From Candidatus Micrarchaeota archaeon (GTDB taxonomy: Archaea > Micrarchaeota > Micrarchaeia > CABMEP01), in the NCBI GenBank assembly GCA_964358895.1, contig CAYHPR010000001.1, forward strand, positions 9,218-73,217: a DNA stretch of 64,000 bases, written 5' to 3'. Position 1 is the stretch's first letter. Every line of letters starts with the position of its first letter. The notes below the pieces were generated by a model. That model saw only the letters and a program-made list of their open reading frames with translations, was not told the DNA's origin and did not search any database. Below, piece by piece: positions 53,032 through 62,080 of this stretch. The position numbers and the translations under genes are program-made.

Positions 53032-53874
53032 ATGAAAAAAAAGAAAACTGAAACAGCACCAAAGGAACAAAAACAAACCGAATCGAAAAGGATTAGAACT
53101 GAGATTTTCATGCCCGATGGCATTCCAAAACTTGTGAATCCTGTACTGATCGAAGGATTGCCAGGAATAGGATTTGTTGGAAAACTTGCTGCAGAACACA
53201 TGGTTGAAGAACTGAAGGCTAAAAAAGTAGCAGAACTTTATTCGCACCATTTTCCCCATCAGATTCTCATTAACAAGGATGGCAGTATTAAGATGCTGAA
53301 CAATGAGATTCATATTTACAAAGACCCGAACAAAAGAAATGACCTGATTATATTAATTGGAGATGTTCAACCAATGACGCCAGAGGCACAATACGAAGTT
53401 ATGAATGTAATTCTTAACTTTGCACAGGATAACGGAGTAAAAAGGATCATGACTCTAGGAGGATATGGCGTAGGAAGAGTAGCTGATAAGACTAGAATAT
53501 TCGGTGCAGTGACTGACAAGAAAGATATAGAGATGTACAAGAAACATGGCATTCAATTTGGAATTGCAGAAGGTTCAATTATTGGCGCTGCAGGTATGCT
53601 TTTAGGGCTTGGAAAGATGAGAGAGATGAATGGAATATGTATAATGGGTGAGACCCATGGAAATTATATCGATCACAAAGCAGCACAAAAAATAATTGAA
53701 GTTCTCTCCAGTCTTTTAGGTTTCAAGATTAGTACAGACAAACTAGAGAAAAAGGCAAAAGAAAGTGAAGATCTGATCAAGAAGATGGAAGAAGAAAGCA
53801 GGAAAGGAGAGGCACCAGTAAGCGGTATGCTGGAAATGCCGAAGAAACCTGAAGAACTTTCATATATAAGATAA
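53032..53874 (+). CDS. PAC2-family protein (proteasome assembly chaperone-like, COG1938)
   Basis: LIEGLPGIGFVGKLAAEHMVEEL near the N-terminus and overall alpha/beta pattern. K/E-rich C-terminal tail. Confidence 0.55.
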   Translation: MKKKKTETAPKEQKQTESKRIRTEIFMPDGIPKLVNPVLIEGLPGIGFVGKLAAEHMVEELKAKKVAELYSHHFPHQILINKDGSIKMLNNEIHIYKDPNKRNDLIILIGDVQPMTPEAQYEVMNVILNFAQDNGVKRIMTLGGYGVGRVADKTRIFGAVTDKKDIEMYKKHGIQFGIAEGSIIGAAGMLLGLGKMREMNGICIMGETHGNYIDHKAAQKIIEVLSSLLGFKISTDKLEKKAKESEDLIKKMEEESRKGEAPVSGMLEMPKKPEELSYIR

Positions 53875-53880
53875 TTGCAG

Positions 53881-54945
53881 TTATCTTTTCAGACCAAGAT
53901 AATCTGTCAATGCTTTTATACAATAAGAAGTAGTTATTGTTTGGCCTCCAACAATTATGCCGTCGTTCTGATGCGTATCGATCCATTGTGCAGCTGGCCA
54001 AGACCCCTCTCTTGATTGCTGGTCCAATAAAACAGAAACTGACTTTTCTAAGCTCATTCCCAGGATGCTACCACTACTAATGGCTAGCGCAGTACTTAAC
54101 GAGTCTCCGTAATCTCCTTTCGCACCTATCGAGGATAAGAATCTTATTGACTTGTCGTTAACTCGTTTGAGCTGATGTCCTCCATTAATCGCTCGCAAAC
54201 AGTGGTAGGTCCCGTAATACGGCCCGAAATACCAAGTACTTTTCCAGAAGCCTTCAGGTTCTTGCTTTGATATTAAAAATTCAAGGATATCGTTTAATCT
54301 TTCTTTGAATACTATTAACGCCATTTGATTAAGTTTAGACAACATGCTCAAAGCAGTCACAACGTTGGCGACTACTTCGCTATCTTCTGTCCCGCCATAA
54401 CCTCTGCCCCAGAATTTGCTTGTGAAATCTGATTCAGCTGGATCGCTTAACAACCAAGTATTGATTGAACCGTTATCTCTGATATTTTTAGACAGAATTT
54501 GGAGCTCTTCTATTACCATGCTGATCTGATCAGTTGATCCCCATAAACAAGCAACCTTCAATATCTGCGCCAGATCATCAGAATCTGGAGGAAGCGGCTT
54601 AAAATCTTCAAAATATCTCCATCCGTCGGAATCTTTAAGTGAAAGAACTCGGTTTAAATTTTCAGTTGAGATTTTATGAACCTCATAATCCTCTAAGTAA
54701 ATATTTTCAGTTATGACCATCCTTTGGAAGATATGTCCTGAATGCTCTCTGTTTCCGTACTTGCTTAAAAGTTCTTTCCCGTCTTGACTGAATACTTTTG
54801 CATATCCACCCAGCCATGCGTTTGTACCTTCCTTTGACATAATGTGCCTATCTAAAGGATAATTTTTTTCGTGTTGGATTTTGACAAATTCATACGCTTT
54901 GTAAAGCGAACTGCCAACCTTATTTCGAAGAACTGAAGATTCCAT
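53881..54945 (-). CDS. QW-repeat (prenyltransferase/squalene-oxidase repeat) alpha/alpha-toroid protein
   Basis: 354 aa with repeats of the Q-x2-x-G-x-W type (QEPEGFWKSTWYFGPYYGTYH, QQSREGSWPAAQW, DSDGWRYFEDF). Confidence 0.45.
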   Translation of the reverse strand: MESSVLRNKVGSSLYKAYEFVKIQHEKNYPLDRHIMSKEGTNAWLGGYAKVFSQDGKELLSKYGNREHSGHIFQRMVITENIYLEDYEVHKISTENLNRVLSLKDSDGWRYFEDFKPLPPDSDDLAQILKVACLWGSTDQISMVIEELQILSKNIRDNGSINTWLLSDPAESDFTSKFWGRGYGGTEDSEVVANVVTALSMLSKLNQMALIVFKERLNDILEFLISKQEPEGFWKSTWYFGPYYGTYHCLRAINGGHQLKRVNDKSIRFLSSIGAKGDYGDSLSTALAISSGSILGMSLEKSVSVLLDQQSREGSWPAAQWIDTHQNDGIIVGGQTITTSYCIKALTDYLGLKR

Positions 54946-54982
54946 ATCTTATTTAGAGTTTTGTTATATAAAATGGTTATTA

Positions 54983-55465
54983 TCAGACTAATATGCTTAT
55001 TGCCGTTTGACCAAACCAGATAATAATTGCGAAACGCAGTCCTCTACCTATAAGTGTTGCCAGAATAAACTTTACCTTATTCATCTTCAATGCTCCTGCG
55101 ACTATTGCAATAGGATCGTAAGGAAAAGGGGTTAATGCACCAAGAAAAACTGCAATTGAACCGTATTTGTTCACCAGATCTCGTGCTTCTTTCATTATTT
55201 TGCTTTCACGCTTGACGATAGCACGTGTAAATCCAAAAGCTGCATAGAAAATGGCAGTTCCTCCGATACTTGAAGCGATGGTTGTTAAGATAAACAATTG
55301 AAAGGGGTCAAATCCAGCTGCCAATGCAACAAGGAGCACAATTTCAACTGGAATAATTGGGATTGTTGAACCGAATAAGACGACTAGGAAATATCCAAAA
55401 ATTCCGTATGCCTTAACTAATTCAGTCGCAAGTTGCAACAGGTCTGCCATAATATCAACGGCCAT
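54983..55465 (-). CDS. DedA/YqaA-family (SNARE-associated/TVP38-like) membrane protein
   Basis: 160 aa, 4 TM, with GxxxP re-entrant motifs (FGSTIPIIPVEIVLL). Confidence 0.6.
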   Translation of the reverse strand: MAVDIMADLLQLATELVKAYGIFGYFLVVLFGSTIPIIPVEIVLLVALAAGFDPFQLFILTTIASSIGGTAIFYAAFGFTRAIVKRESKIMKEARDLVNKYGSIAVFLGALTPFPYDPIAIVAGALKMNKVKFILATLIGRGLRFAIIIWFGQTAISILV

Positions 55466-55477
55466 TTAACTATTCTA

Positions 55478-55756
55478 TTATTGTTCTATCAGATTTACAA
55501 AATCCTTACCTGTAGTTCCTTTTGGAAATGCAGTACCAGTAGGAGATTGAATAGGAAGTTTAATTTCCTCGCATAACCTGACCATATCCTTAAGATCGAT
55601 AATCCTATCAGTCACAATAATTGGATAAGTGCCATAAGGTGTTGTTATTTTTTTCACAGTGAACACTATTCTTTGATACATGCTACCTTTTCTAAGAACA
55701 CGTAGCTCGGCTTTTCCATCCTTAACGATCTGCTCTCTAGAGGGCATCGCTTCCAT
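55478..55756 (-). CDS. hypothetical protein (92 aa)
   Basis: No motif recognised. Confidence 0.3.
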   Translation of the reverse strand: MEAMPSREQIVKDGKAELRVLRKGSMYQRIVFTVKKITTPYGTYPIIVTDRIIDLKDMVRLCEEIKLPIQSPTGTAFPKGTTGKDFVNLIEQ

Positions 55757-55789
55757 AAAGGATAAAAATCGGTTTGGATTAAAAAGGAT

Positions 55790-56401
55790 ATGGGTTCCTC
55801 CGATTCTTTCATTTGCACAAAATGCAATAAGTGCTGTGAAAATTCTTACAATCTAGCACTTTTCGAGTGGGAAGTTGAAAGACTAAAGAAAATGGATAAC
55901 AATGCAGATATAAGACCAGCAATAATAGGGAAGATTGGAGAAACAGAAGTAGTATTGCAGTGGGGCATGAAAGACATTGGGAAGGGGCATTGCCGTTTTC
56001 TTAGAAAGGACGGTTGTTCGATCTACAAGGATAGGCCGCTTGTTTGCCAAGCGTTTCCTTTGACTAAGTCCGGGCTGCTTAAGAATGACCAAGAAAAGAT
56101 TATTGATAAAGAATGTCCAGAAATAATAATTCCTTTTGAAACCGTTCAACAGCTAAAAAAAGAGGAATATCGAAAAAGAATGGAATCAGTTTACAATGAA
56201 ACATTTAAGTCAGCAATCCGTCTTGATGCTGCACGATCTTGGATCTCTGACCTCTACCAGTTTACAGCCAGAAAGATTAAGACAAATAAAAAAGTAGCCA
56301 CAAAAGAGAGAATTGGACTTCTTGAATTTGTAAAAAGAGAAAGATTGATGACAGATAAAGAAATCGAATACGAAATAAACCAATTGAACACTCTAAAATA
56401 G
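55790..56401 (+). CDS. YkgJ/UPF0153-family putative Zn/Fe-S cluster protein
   Basis: N-terminal CTKCNKCCENSYNL (CxxCxxCC) plus downstream Cys (GHCRF, DGCSIY). Confidence 0.55.
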   Translation: MGSSDSFICTKCNKCCENSYNLALFEWEVERLKKMDNNADIRPAIIGKIGETEVVLQWGMKDIGKGHCRFLRKDGCSIYKDRPLVCQAFPLTKSGLLKNDQEKIIDKECPEIIIPFETVQQLKKEEYRKRMESVYNETFKSAIRLDAARSWISDLYQFTARKIKTNKKVATKERIGLLEFVKRERLMTDKEIEYEINQLNTLK

Positions 56402-56471
56402 TTATAGAACTCGGTCCTTTCTGACAGATTTTTAAATACTATAAATAAAACCACTACGGAGAGGTGTATAC

Positions 56472-56894
56472 ATGATACCGAGCGTTAGTATAAATTTAAT
56501 AGCAGTAGTAGCTGCTACAATAGTAAGTATGGTTATCGGAATGGTCTGGTATTCCCCAGCTGTTTTCGGCAATCAATGGATGAAATTAGTAGGAATGGAA
56601 AAGAAAAAAGTGAAAGAAGCAGATATGAAGAAAGAAATGATGAAGGGAATGCCGATGCAAGTTGCGGCAACATTAGTCATGACTTATTTCTTGGCCGTTT
56701 TCGTTGCATACGCACAAGCAAAGAATATTGTTGATGGAGCTATTGTAGGAATTATGGTTTGGGTTGGATTTGTTGGAACGACCGCTTCTGGAGATTATCT
56801 TTGGGGAGGTAAACCAAAACAACTCTTCTGGATAAACAATGGATTGCATCTAGTAACTCTAGCAGTTTCTGGAGCAATACTGGCAACTATGTAA
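56472..56894 (+). CDS. DUF1761-family membrane protein
   Basis: MVWYSPAVFGNQW motif (WYSPxLFG) and 4 TM. 140 aa. Confidence 0.5.
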   Translation: MIPSVSINLIAVVAATIVSMVIGMVWYSPAVFGNQWMKLVGMEKKKVKEADMKKEMMKGMPMQVAATLVMTYFLAVFVAYAQAKNIVDGAIVGIMVWVGFVGTTASGDYLWGGKPKQLFWINNGLHLVTLAVSGAILATM

Positions 56895-56952
56895 TTTCTT
56901 TTTTTTCTTTTTTTATTTTTTTTTCTTTTTTAAATTTTTTATTTACTCTATT
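56895..56952. terminator. T-rich (oligo-T) tract between convergent genes
   Basis: tttcttttttttctttttttatttttttttcttttttaaatttttt. Archaeal terminators are oligo-T runs. Could serve both flanking genes. Confidence 0.35.
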
Positions 56953-57342
56953 TTATTTCTCTAACATTTTTTTCATGGGCTTCCAATAATAATCAATCCA
57001 ACCCTGAGCAATGTCACTGTAAAATTCGCTAGGAATCCCAGTTTGCTTAAAAACAAGCTTTGTTCCTTCCTTAACTTTTTTCAACAAAAATGTAACTTTA
57101 GAATAATCCTCCTCAGGCCAGTCGGCAGCACGCCAAGATTGGACGATCTTTTTATCTTTTACAAGAACGAGGTTTTTCCCTTCAGCGTATTCTCCAAAAA
57201 CAGTAAACGTTCCCCCTACTTTCCTACTGATAACTGCTTTATCTCCAGTGAAAGCAGCATGCTTCTTTGAATCCATCAGTGCTCCGTATACGTCATGAGG
57301 ACTTGCCTTGAGGATAACGGATTGCCTGATTGATTTTGCCAT
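56953..57342 (-). CDS. SRPBCC-superfamily protein (AHSA1/polyketide-cyclase-like)
   Basis: 129 aa. Profile ...ASPHDVYGALMDSKKHAAFTG...FTVFG...W...FKQTGIP... typical of the Aha1-C/START fold. Confidence 0.5.
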   Translation of the reverse strand: MAKSIRQSVILKASPHDVYGALMDSKKHAAFTGDKAVISRKVGGTFTVFGEYAEGKNLVLVKDKKIVQSWRAADWPEEDYSKVTFLLKKVKEGTKLVFKQTGIPSEFYSDIAQGWIDYYWKPMKKMLEK

Positions 57343-57360
57343 GAAATCACTGATCTTTAG

Positions 57361-57435
57361 CGGGCTCGGAGGGATTTGAACCCTCGACCTGTCGGTTAAA
57401 AGCCGAACGCTCTGGCCAAGCTGAGCTACGAGCCC
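57361..57435 (-). tRNA. tRNA-Lys(UUU)
   Basis: Acceptor GGGCUCG/CGAGCCC, D-arm GCUC-AGCUUGGCCA-GAGC, anticodon loop CUUUUAA, T-arm GAGGG-UUCAAAU-CCCUC. No intron. Confidence 0.85.
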
Positions 57436-57445
57436 TATATTACAA

Positions 57446-58015
57446 TTATTTCTTTTGCGCAGATAATCTTAATATTGCTTCTAAAACTGATGAGATCTCT
57501 TTAACTCCTTCTTCATCAGTAAAATGTCCTTTATTATGTTCAATAATTGTTTTAGCGCCTAATTTTGTCTCAAATATTTCTTTATTCTTTTTTAACTGGA
57601 CAAATGGATCATTATCAGAAAATATAGCAAAAAACTTGCCTTTAATTCTATCAAAATTTATTGAAGTTTTAATCCAAGGTTTTGCGATTGTCTTTTCTTC
57701 GTCTGTTTCAAGTCCCTTTAGTGTAAACCATCCAGATACAAATACAGCTCCTCCGATTTTCTTGCCTGAATTTTCTAGATATCTAAGTATTGCTTGGCAG
57801 CCGATGCTGTGACCAACAAAATATGTGTCTTTATCGGCAGTTGAAGTAATTTTGGATAGATATGACACCCACTTTTCAATTACCGGCTCGGAAGAATTTG
57901 GCATTTTTGGAATCGTAACTTTAAAACCTCTTTTCTCCAATTCTTTTTTAAGCCAGGGATACCAATCATCCTTTGGAGACCCGTCCCACCTATGAACTAT
58001 GATCACTCTTTTCAT
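57446..58015 (-). CDS. RBBP9/YdeN-family serine hydrolase (alpha/beta fold)
   Basis: 189 aa with VGHSIGCQAI (GHSxG) and overall family length. Confidence 0.55.
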   Translation of the reverse strand: MKRVIIVHRWDGSPKDDWYPWLKKELEKRGFKVTIPKMPNSSEPVIEKWVSYLSKITSTADKDTYFVGHSIGCQAILRYLENSGKKIGGAVFVSGWFTLKGLETDEEKTIAKPWIKTSINFDRIKGKFFAIFSDNDPFVQLKKNKEIFETKLGAKTIIEHNKGHFTDEEGVKEISSVLEAILRLSAQKK

Positions 58016-58084
58016 TTAACATCACATTTTACTGTTCACTTAAAATTTATTATTAACAGAATACAATAAGTGCAAATACCTCGA

Positions 58085-59554
58085 TCAATCTATTTTCTTA
58101 AACAACATCTCTGCTTTTATGTTTTGTCCTGCACTGAGAATTGGTTTTGCAACCTCTTTCCATTCAGAGTTTATTCCCAGATTGGCTAAAGCAGCACCGA
58201 CTCTATTTGGCATAAATGGATAATAAAGCAATGAAAGTGTTCTCAAAAGATTGACAGAAACATTAAGCGTTGTGGCTGCCTTCTGCTTATCTTCCTTAAT
58301 TGTTTTCCATGGCTCCTCGGATTGGAAGTAACGGTTTACTTCTGAGGTTAAGTCAACCACTCTATTGAGTGCAGAGGTAAGTTCGAAATTTTGCATATCA
58401 TTCTCGTAATTATTAACTGCCAGATCAGCTAATGAAAGGATCGCCGTATCCTTTTCCGTTATCATTGCTTGCGGAACTTTCGAATCAAAATTTTTATCAA
58501 GGAATGACGTAACACGGTAAAACAAGTTGCTGTAGTTTGCAACTATTTCGTTATTTATCCTATCTTTCAATGATTTTTCTGAGAAGTCTCCATCAGAACC
58601 TAACGAAATTTCACGGAACATATAATAACGAATGGCATCAATGCCATATTTTGATGAAAGCTGAACAGGATCGATTGCGTTACCTAGGGACTTGCTTATC
58701 TTTTGTCCGTTAATTGTAAAGAAACCATGAACGAAAATTGATTTTGGAAGTGGATATCCGGCTGACATCAGCATTCCGATCCAAGTTATGCAATGGAACC
58801 TCGCAATATCCTTTCCAACTATGTGCAAATCTGCAGGCCAATATTTTTCTGGTGACAGATAATTGATAAGTGCATCAAACCATACCCAGAACTTATGCTT
58901 GTTATCAAGTGGAAAATCAATACCCCATTTGAGATTCGGCCTGCTTATTGAGGTATCGCGAAGGCCTTCTTTTATGAAATTGATAATCTCATGTTTTTTA
59001 CTCTCTGGCCTGATGAAGTCTTTATTTTCTTCTATATGTTTCAGAATCTGATCTTGATATTTTGAAAGTTTGAAGAAATAATTGTCTTCTTTCAGTTTTT
59101 GAAGCGGTTTTTGGTGGATAGGACATTTTCCGTCAATCACATCACGTTCAAGTTTGAATTCTTCACATGCGTCACAGTAAAGTCCTTCATAACTGCCTTT
59201 GAAAATATCTCCTTTCTTGTTCACTTTATCGAAAAAAGATAGCACATTTTTCTTATGTCGTTCTTCAGTAGTCCTTATGAAATCATCATTTGTAATCCCA
59301 AGCCCTTTCCATACTTGCTTCCATTTCGTAGCCATATTGTCTGAATATTTAGAAATATCTTTTTCGCCTGCAGCTTCAGCTGCTTGAGAAGTTTTGATTG
59401 AATTTTCATCAAGTCCTGTTAGAAAAAATGTATCTTCACCACGCATTCTATGCCAAATAGCAAGAATATCTGCGATAGTTGTAGCATATGCGCTGCCTAA
59501 ATGTGGTACGTCATTGATGTAATAGATAGGCGTTGTTACATAAAATTTTGACAC
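58085..59554 (-). CDS. metG: methionyl-tRNA synthetase (catalytic core, no C-terminal tRNA-binding domain)
   Basis: HIGH-region PHLGSAYAT, KMSKS as KISKSLGN, and a Zn knuckle CDACEEF...CPIHQK in the CP domain. 489 aa. Confidence 0.8.
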   Translation of the reverse strand: MSKFYVTTPIYYINDVPHLGSAYATTIADILAIWHRMRGEDTFFLTGLDENSIKTSQAAEAAGEKDISKYSDNMATKWKQVWKGLGITNDDFIRTTEERHKKNVLSFFDKVNKKGDIFKGSYEGLYCDACEEFKLERDVIDGKCPIHQKPLQKLKEDNYFFKLSKYQDQILKHIEENKDFIRPESKKHEIINFIKEGLRDTSISRPNLKWGIDFPLDNKHKFWVWFDALINYLSPEKYWPADLHIVGKDIARFHCITWIGMLMSAGYPLPKSIFVHGFFTINGQKISKSLGNAIDPVQLSSKYGIDAIRYYMFREISLGSDGDFSEKSLKDRINNEIVANYSNLFYRVTSFLDKNFDSKVPQAMITEKDTAILSLADLAVNNYENDMQNFELTSALNRVVDLTSEVNRYFQSEEPWKTIKEDKQKAATTLNVSVNLLRTLSLLYYPFMPNRVGAALANLGINSEWKEVAKPILSAGQNIKAEMLFKKID

Positions 59555-59608
59555 AATAATAGATAGAAGTGAAACTTAAAAAAGAGAGGTCCGATCGAAG
59601 TCTGAGGT

Positions 59609-59839
59609 TTAATTAGAAGAAACTGCATCTTCGCTCTGTTTTAATATCTGAGTAGAGAACCCGTCCGTAGTTTTAACGTCCGCTTTCACATTATGCTTTT
59701 TTAATAACATAACTGGCCCTATATCGTCGAGTAAATGTTCGAATGAATTTCGAGTTGTTATGTCTAATTGTTCGGTACTTATACCACTTTGTCTTGTATT
59801 CTTCTTTTCGTTAATTTTTGTCACCATGTTTCCACCCAC
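59609..59839 (-). CDS. hypothetical protein (76 aa)
   Basis: ORF only. Divergent from mcm. Confidence 0.2.
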   Translation of the reverse strand: MGGNMVTKINEKKNTRQSGISTEQLDITTRNSFEHLLDDIGPVMLLKKHNVKADVKTTDGFSTQILKQSEDAVSSN

Positions 59840-59968
59840 ACATACACATATTAATTTACTATAACAAATTAAGATATAATAAAATATAAAAAATTATAAA
59901 CGATAAAAATATAAAAAGCTTTATAATAACAATAACATAATCTGAATAGCAGAACAGGGAGGGTATAC

Positions 59969-62011
59969 GTGCCTACTTCTATTGACGCAGGGCCAATTAT
60001 AGGTAAATTTGAGGAGTTCTTCGAAGAACGATACAAGAAAGAGTTAGCAGAGCTAAAATCGAAGTATCCGACAGTTAAATCGTTTTATTTCTCGTATAAG
60101 AATCTTGAAAAATTCGATCCTGAACTTGCAGATGAACTGATGGTGCACCCAGATCAAGTGATACAAGCTGCACAATCAGCTCTGATAAGTCTTAGCGGTG
60201 AGGATGCTAAAAAATTTGAACCGCATGTTCGAATAAGCGACTTGCCTGAGAGTGGATTGCTTATACAGGATATCGGTGCCGCACAGATACAAAAACTTGT
60301 TCGAATCGAGGGAGTTGTAACGAAACGTGCAGAGGTAAGGCCACGTGTCAAGATCGCAGTTTACAAGTGCATGAAATGTGACTCGATATATAAGATTCCG
60401 ATCGAGAAAGGGACATACCTGCCAGATGTATGTGAAAATTGCCATAAAAAAGCACTAGAACTCGATGAGGATGGATCATATTTTGTTAACCTGCAACGAT
60501 GTGAAATGCAGGAACTACTGGAACGAGTTCGAGGTGGAACGCCGGCGTCTAATATCGAAATGATAATGGAAGACGACTTAGTAAACGTACTCATACCTGG
60601 AGACACAATTGAAGTTGCAGGAATTGTCAGAATCAGACCAATACCAAAAGCAAAAACTCAAGTTTATGCTAAATATCTTGATGTAATTTTCGTAAAAAAT
60701 GTACAGCGTGAATTCGAAGAAGTGGAATTGAAAAAAGAGGATATTAAAACAATTCAAGACTTAGCGAAACAGCCCGACGTAATGGAACAAATAATAAAAG
60801 CTATAGCTCCATCGATCTATGGACATAAAGAAGTTAAAGAAGGACTTGCATTGCAACTTTTTGGCGGAACTTCTGAAAAAACATTACCTGAAGGTGGACG
60901 GATCAGAAGTGATATTCACATTCTTCTTATCGGAGATCCGGGTTCGGCCAAAACTCGTATGCTACAATACATGTCTGACCTTGCACCGAAATCAGTTTAT
61001 GTAAGCGGTAAGTCAGTAACAGGTGCAGGATTAACTGCATCTGCAGAACGTGACGATCTTGGAGAGGGATGGACGCTCAAAGCAGGTGCTCTCGTCCTCG
61101 CATCGGGTGGCTTGGGTTGTATCGATGAATTCAGTCATATTGAAAAAGCTGAACAATCTGCATTGCTAGAAGTAATGGAATCGCAGTCAGTCAGCGTAGC
61201 AAAAGCAGGAATTGTTGCAAAATTCAAGGCAAGAACGTCTATTCTCGCGGCTGCAAACCCAAAGTTTGGACGTTTTGATCCTAACCAGCTGCCTGCTGAA
61301 CAATTTGACATACCTCCAACGCTGCTATCGAGATTTGATCTAATATTTCCAATTCGTGACATTATGGACGAAGAAAAAGACAAGAGTCTTGCACAGTACG
61401 TACTCACAACACACAGAGATGCTGCACTCAAACAGACTCCGCAACAGGAAGAATACAATGTTCTCAGCACAGAATTCCTCCGAAAATATATTGCTTATTC
61501 AAGAAAAATGGTAAAACCAGTTCTAAGCCAGGAAGCTTCTGAAAAAATTAAAGATTATTACCTCCAGCTAAGAAAACTTGGACAAGCTCAAGGTGCTGTC
61601 GCAATAACGCCAAGACAAATTGAAGGCCTTATTCGATTAAGTGAAGCAAGTGCGAAAGCAAGACTCTCACCGCATGTTGAAATAACTGATGCTGAACGTG
61701 CAGTCAGACTAACTGACTTCGTGCTTAGACAAATTGCACTTGATAGAACAACAGGCAAGATTGATATTGATATAATTGCAACCGGCCAACCGAGGTCAAG
61801 GGCAGAGCAATATTATGACGTAGTAGGAATCATTCGTGACCTCACACGCCATTACGACCAAGTCTCACGGGAAATGGTTATTGATGAGGCAAAAAAGCAG
61901 AATGGAATTGATGAGAGGATAGTTGTGAGATTCCTTGATGAAATGCTAAGGAAAGGAGAATTGTTTGAACCTAAACCTGGATTCCTTAAGTTTGTCCAGA
62001 GATCTGAATAA
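59969..62011 (+). CDS. mcm: MCM replicative helicase (GTG start)
   Basis: C4 Zn finger CMKCDS...CENCHKK, Walker A GDPGSAKT, Walker B IDEFSHI, arginine finger SRFDLIF, C-terminal wH. Preceded by a GGAGGG SD. Confidence 0.9.
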   Translation: MPTSIDAGPIIGKFEEFFEERYKKELAELKSKYPTVKSFYFSYKNLEKFDPELADELMVHPDQVIQAAQSALISLSGEDAKKFEPHVRISDLPESGLLIQDIGAAQIQKLVRIEGVVTKRAEVRPRVKIAVYKCMKCDSIYKIPIEKGTYLPDVCENCHKKALELDEDGSYFVNLQRCEMQELLERVRGGTPASNIEMIMEDDLVNVLIPGDTIEVAGIVRIRPIPKAKTQVYAKYLDVIFVKNVQREFEEVELKKEDIKTIQDLAKQPDVMEQIIKAIAPSIYGHKEVKEGLALQLFGGTSEKTLPEGGRIRSDIHILLIGDPGSAKTRMLQYMSDLAPKSVYVSGKSVTGAGLTASAERDDLGEGWTLKAGALVLASGGLGCIDEFSHIEKAEQSALLEVMESQSVSVAKAGIVAKFKARTSILAAANPKFGRFDPNQLPAEQFDIPPTLLSRFDLIFPIRDIMDEEKDKSLAQYVLTTHRDAALKQTPQQEEYNVLSTEFLRKYIAYSRKMVKPVLSQEASEKIKDYYLQLRKLGQAQGAVAITPRQIEGLIRLSEASAKARLSPHVEITDAERAVRLTDFVLRQIALDRTTGKIDIDIIATGQPRSRAEQYYDVVGIIRDLTRHYDQVSREMVIDEAKKQNGIDERIVVRFLDEMLRKGELFEPKPGFLKFVQRSE

Positions 62012-62080
62012 TCTGCTAAAGCCCGTTTTTCTCCTTTTTCGTTTTTAAATTCTTTTTAAATACATCTGCCTAATCATATC

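Noticed and set aside
59840-59968. Calling the AT-rich tract upstream of mcm a replication origin
   Set aside because: No ORB/mini-ORB repeats or orc1/cdc6 gene are visible in the window. Kept only as a low-interest note.
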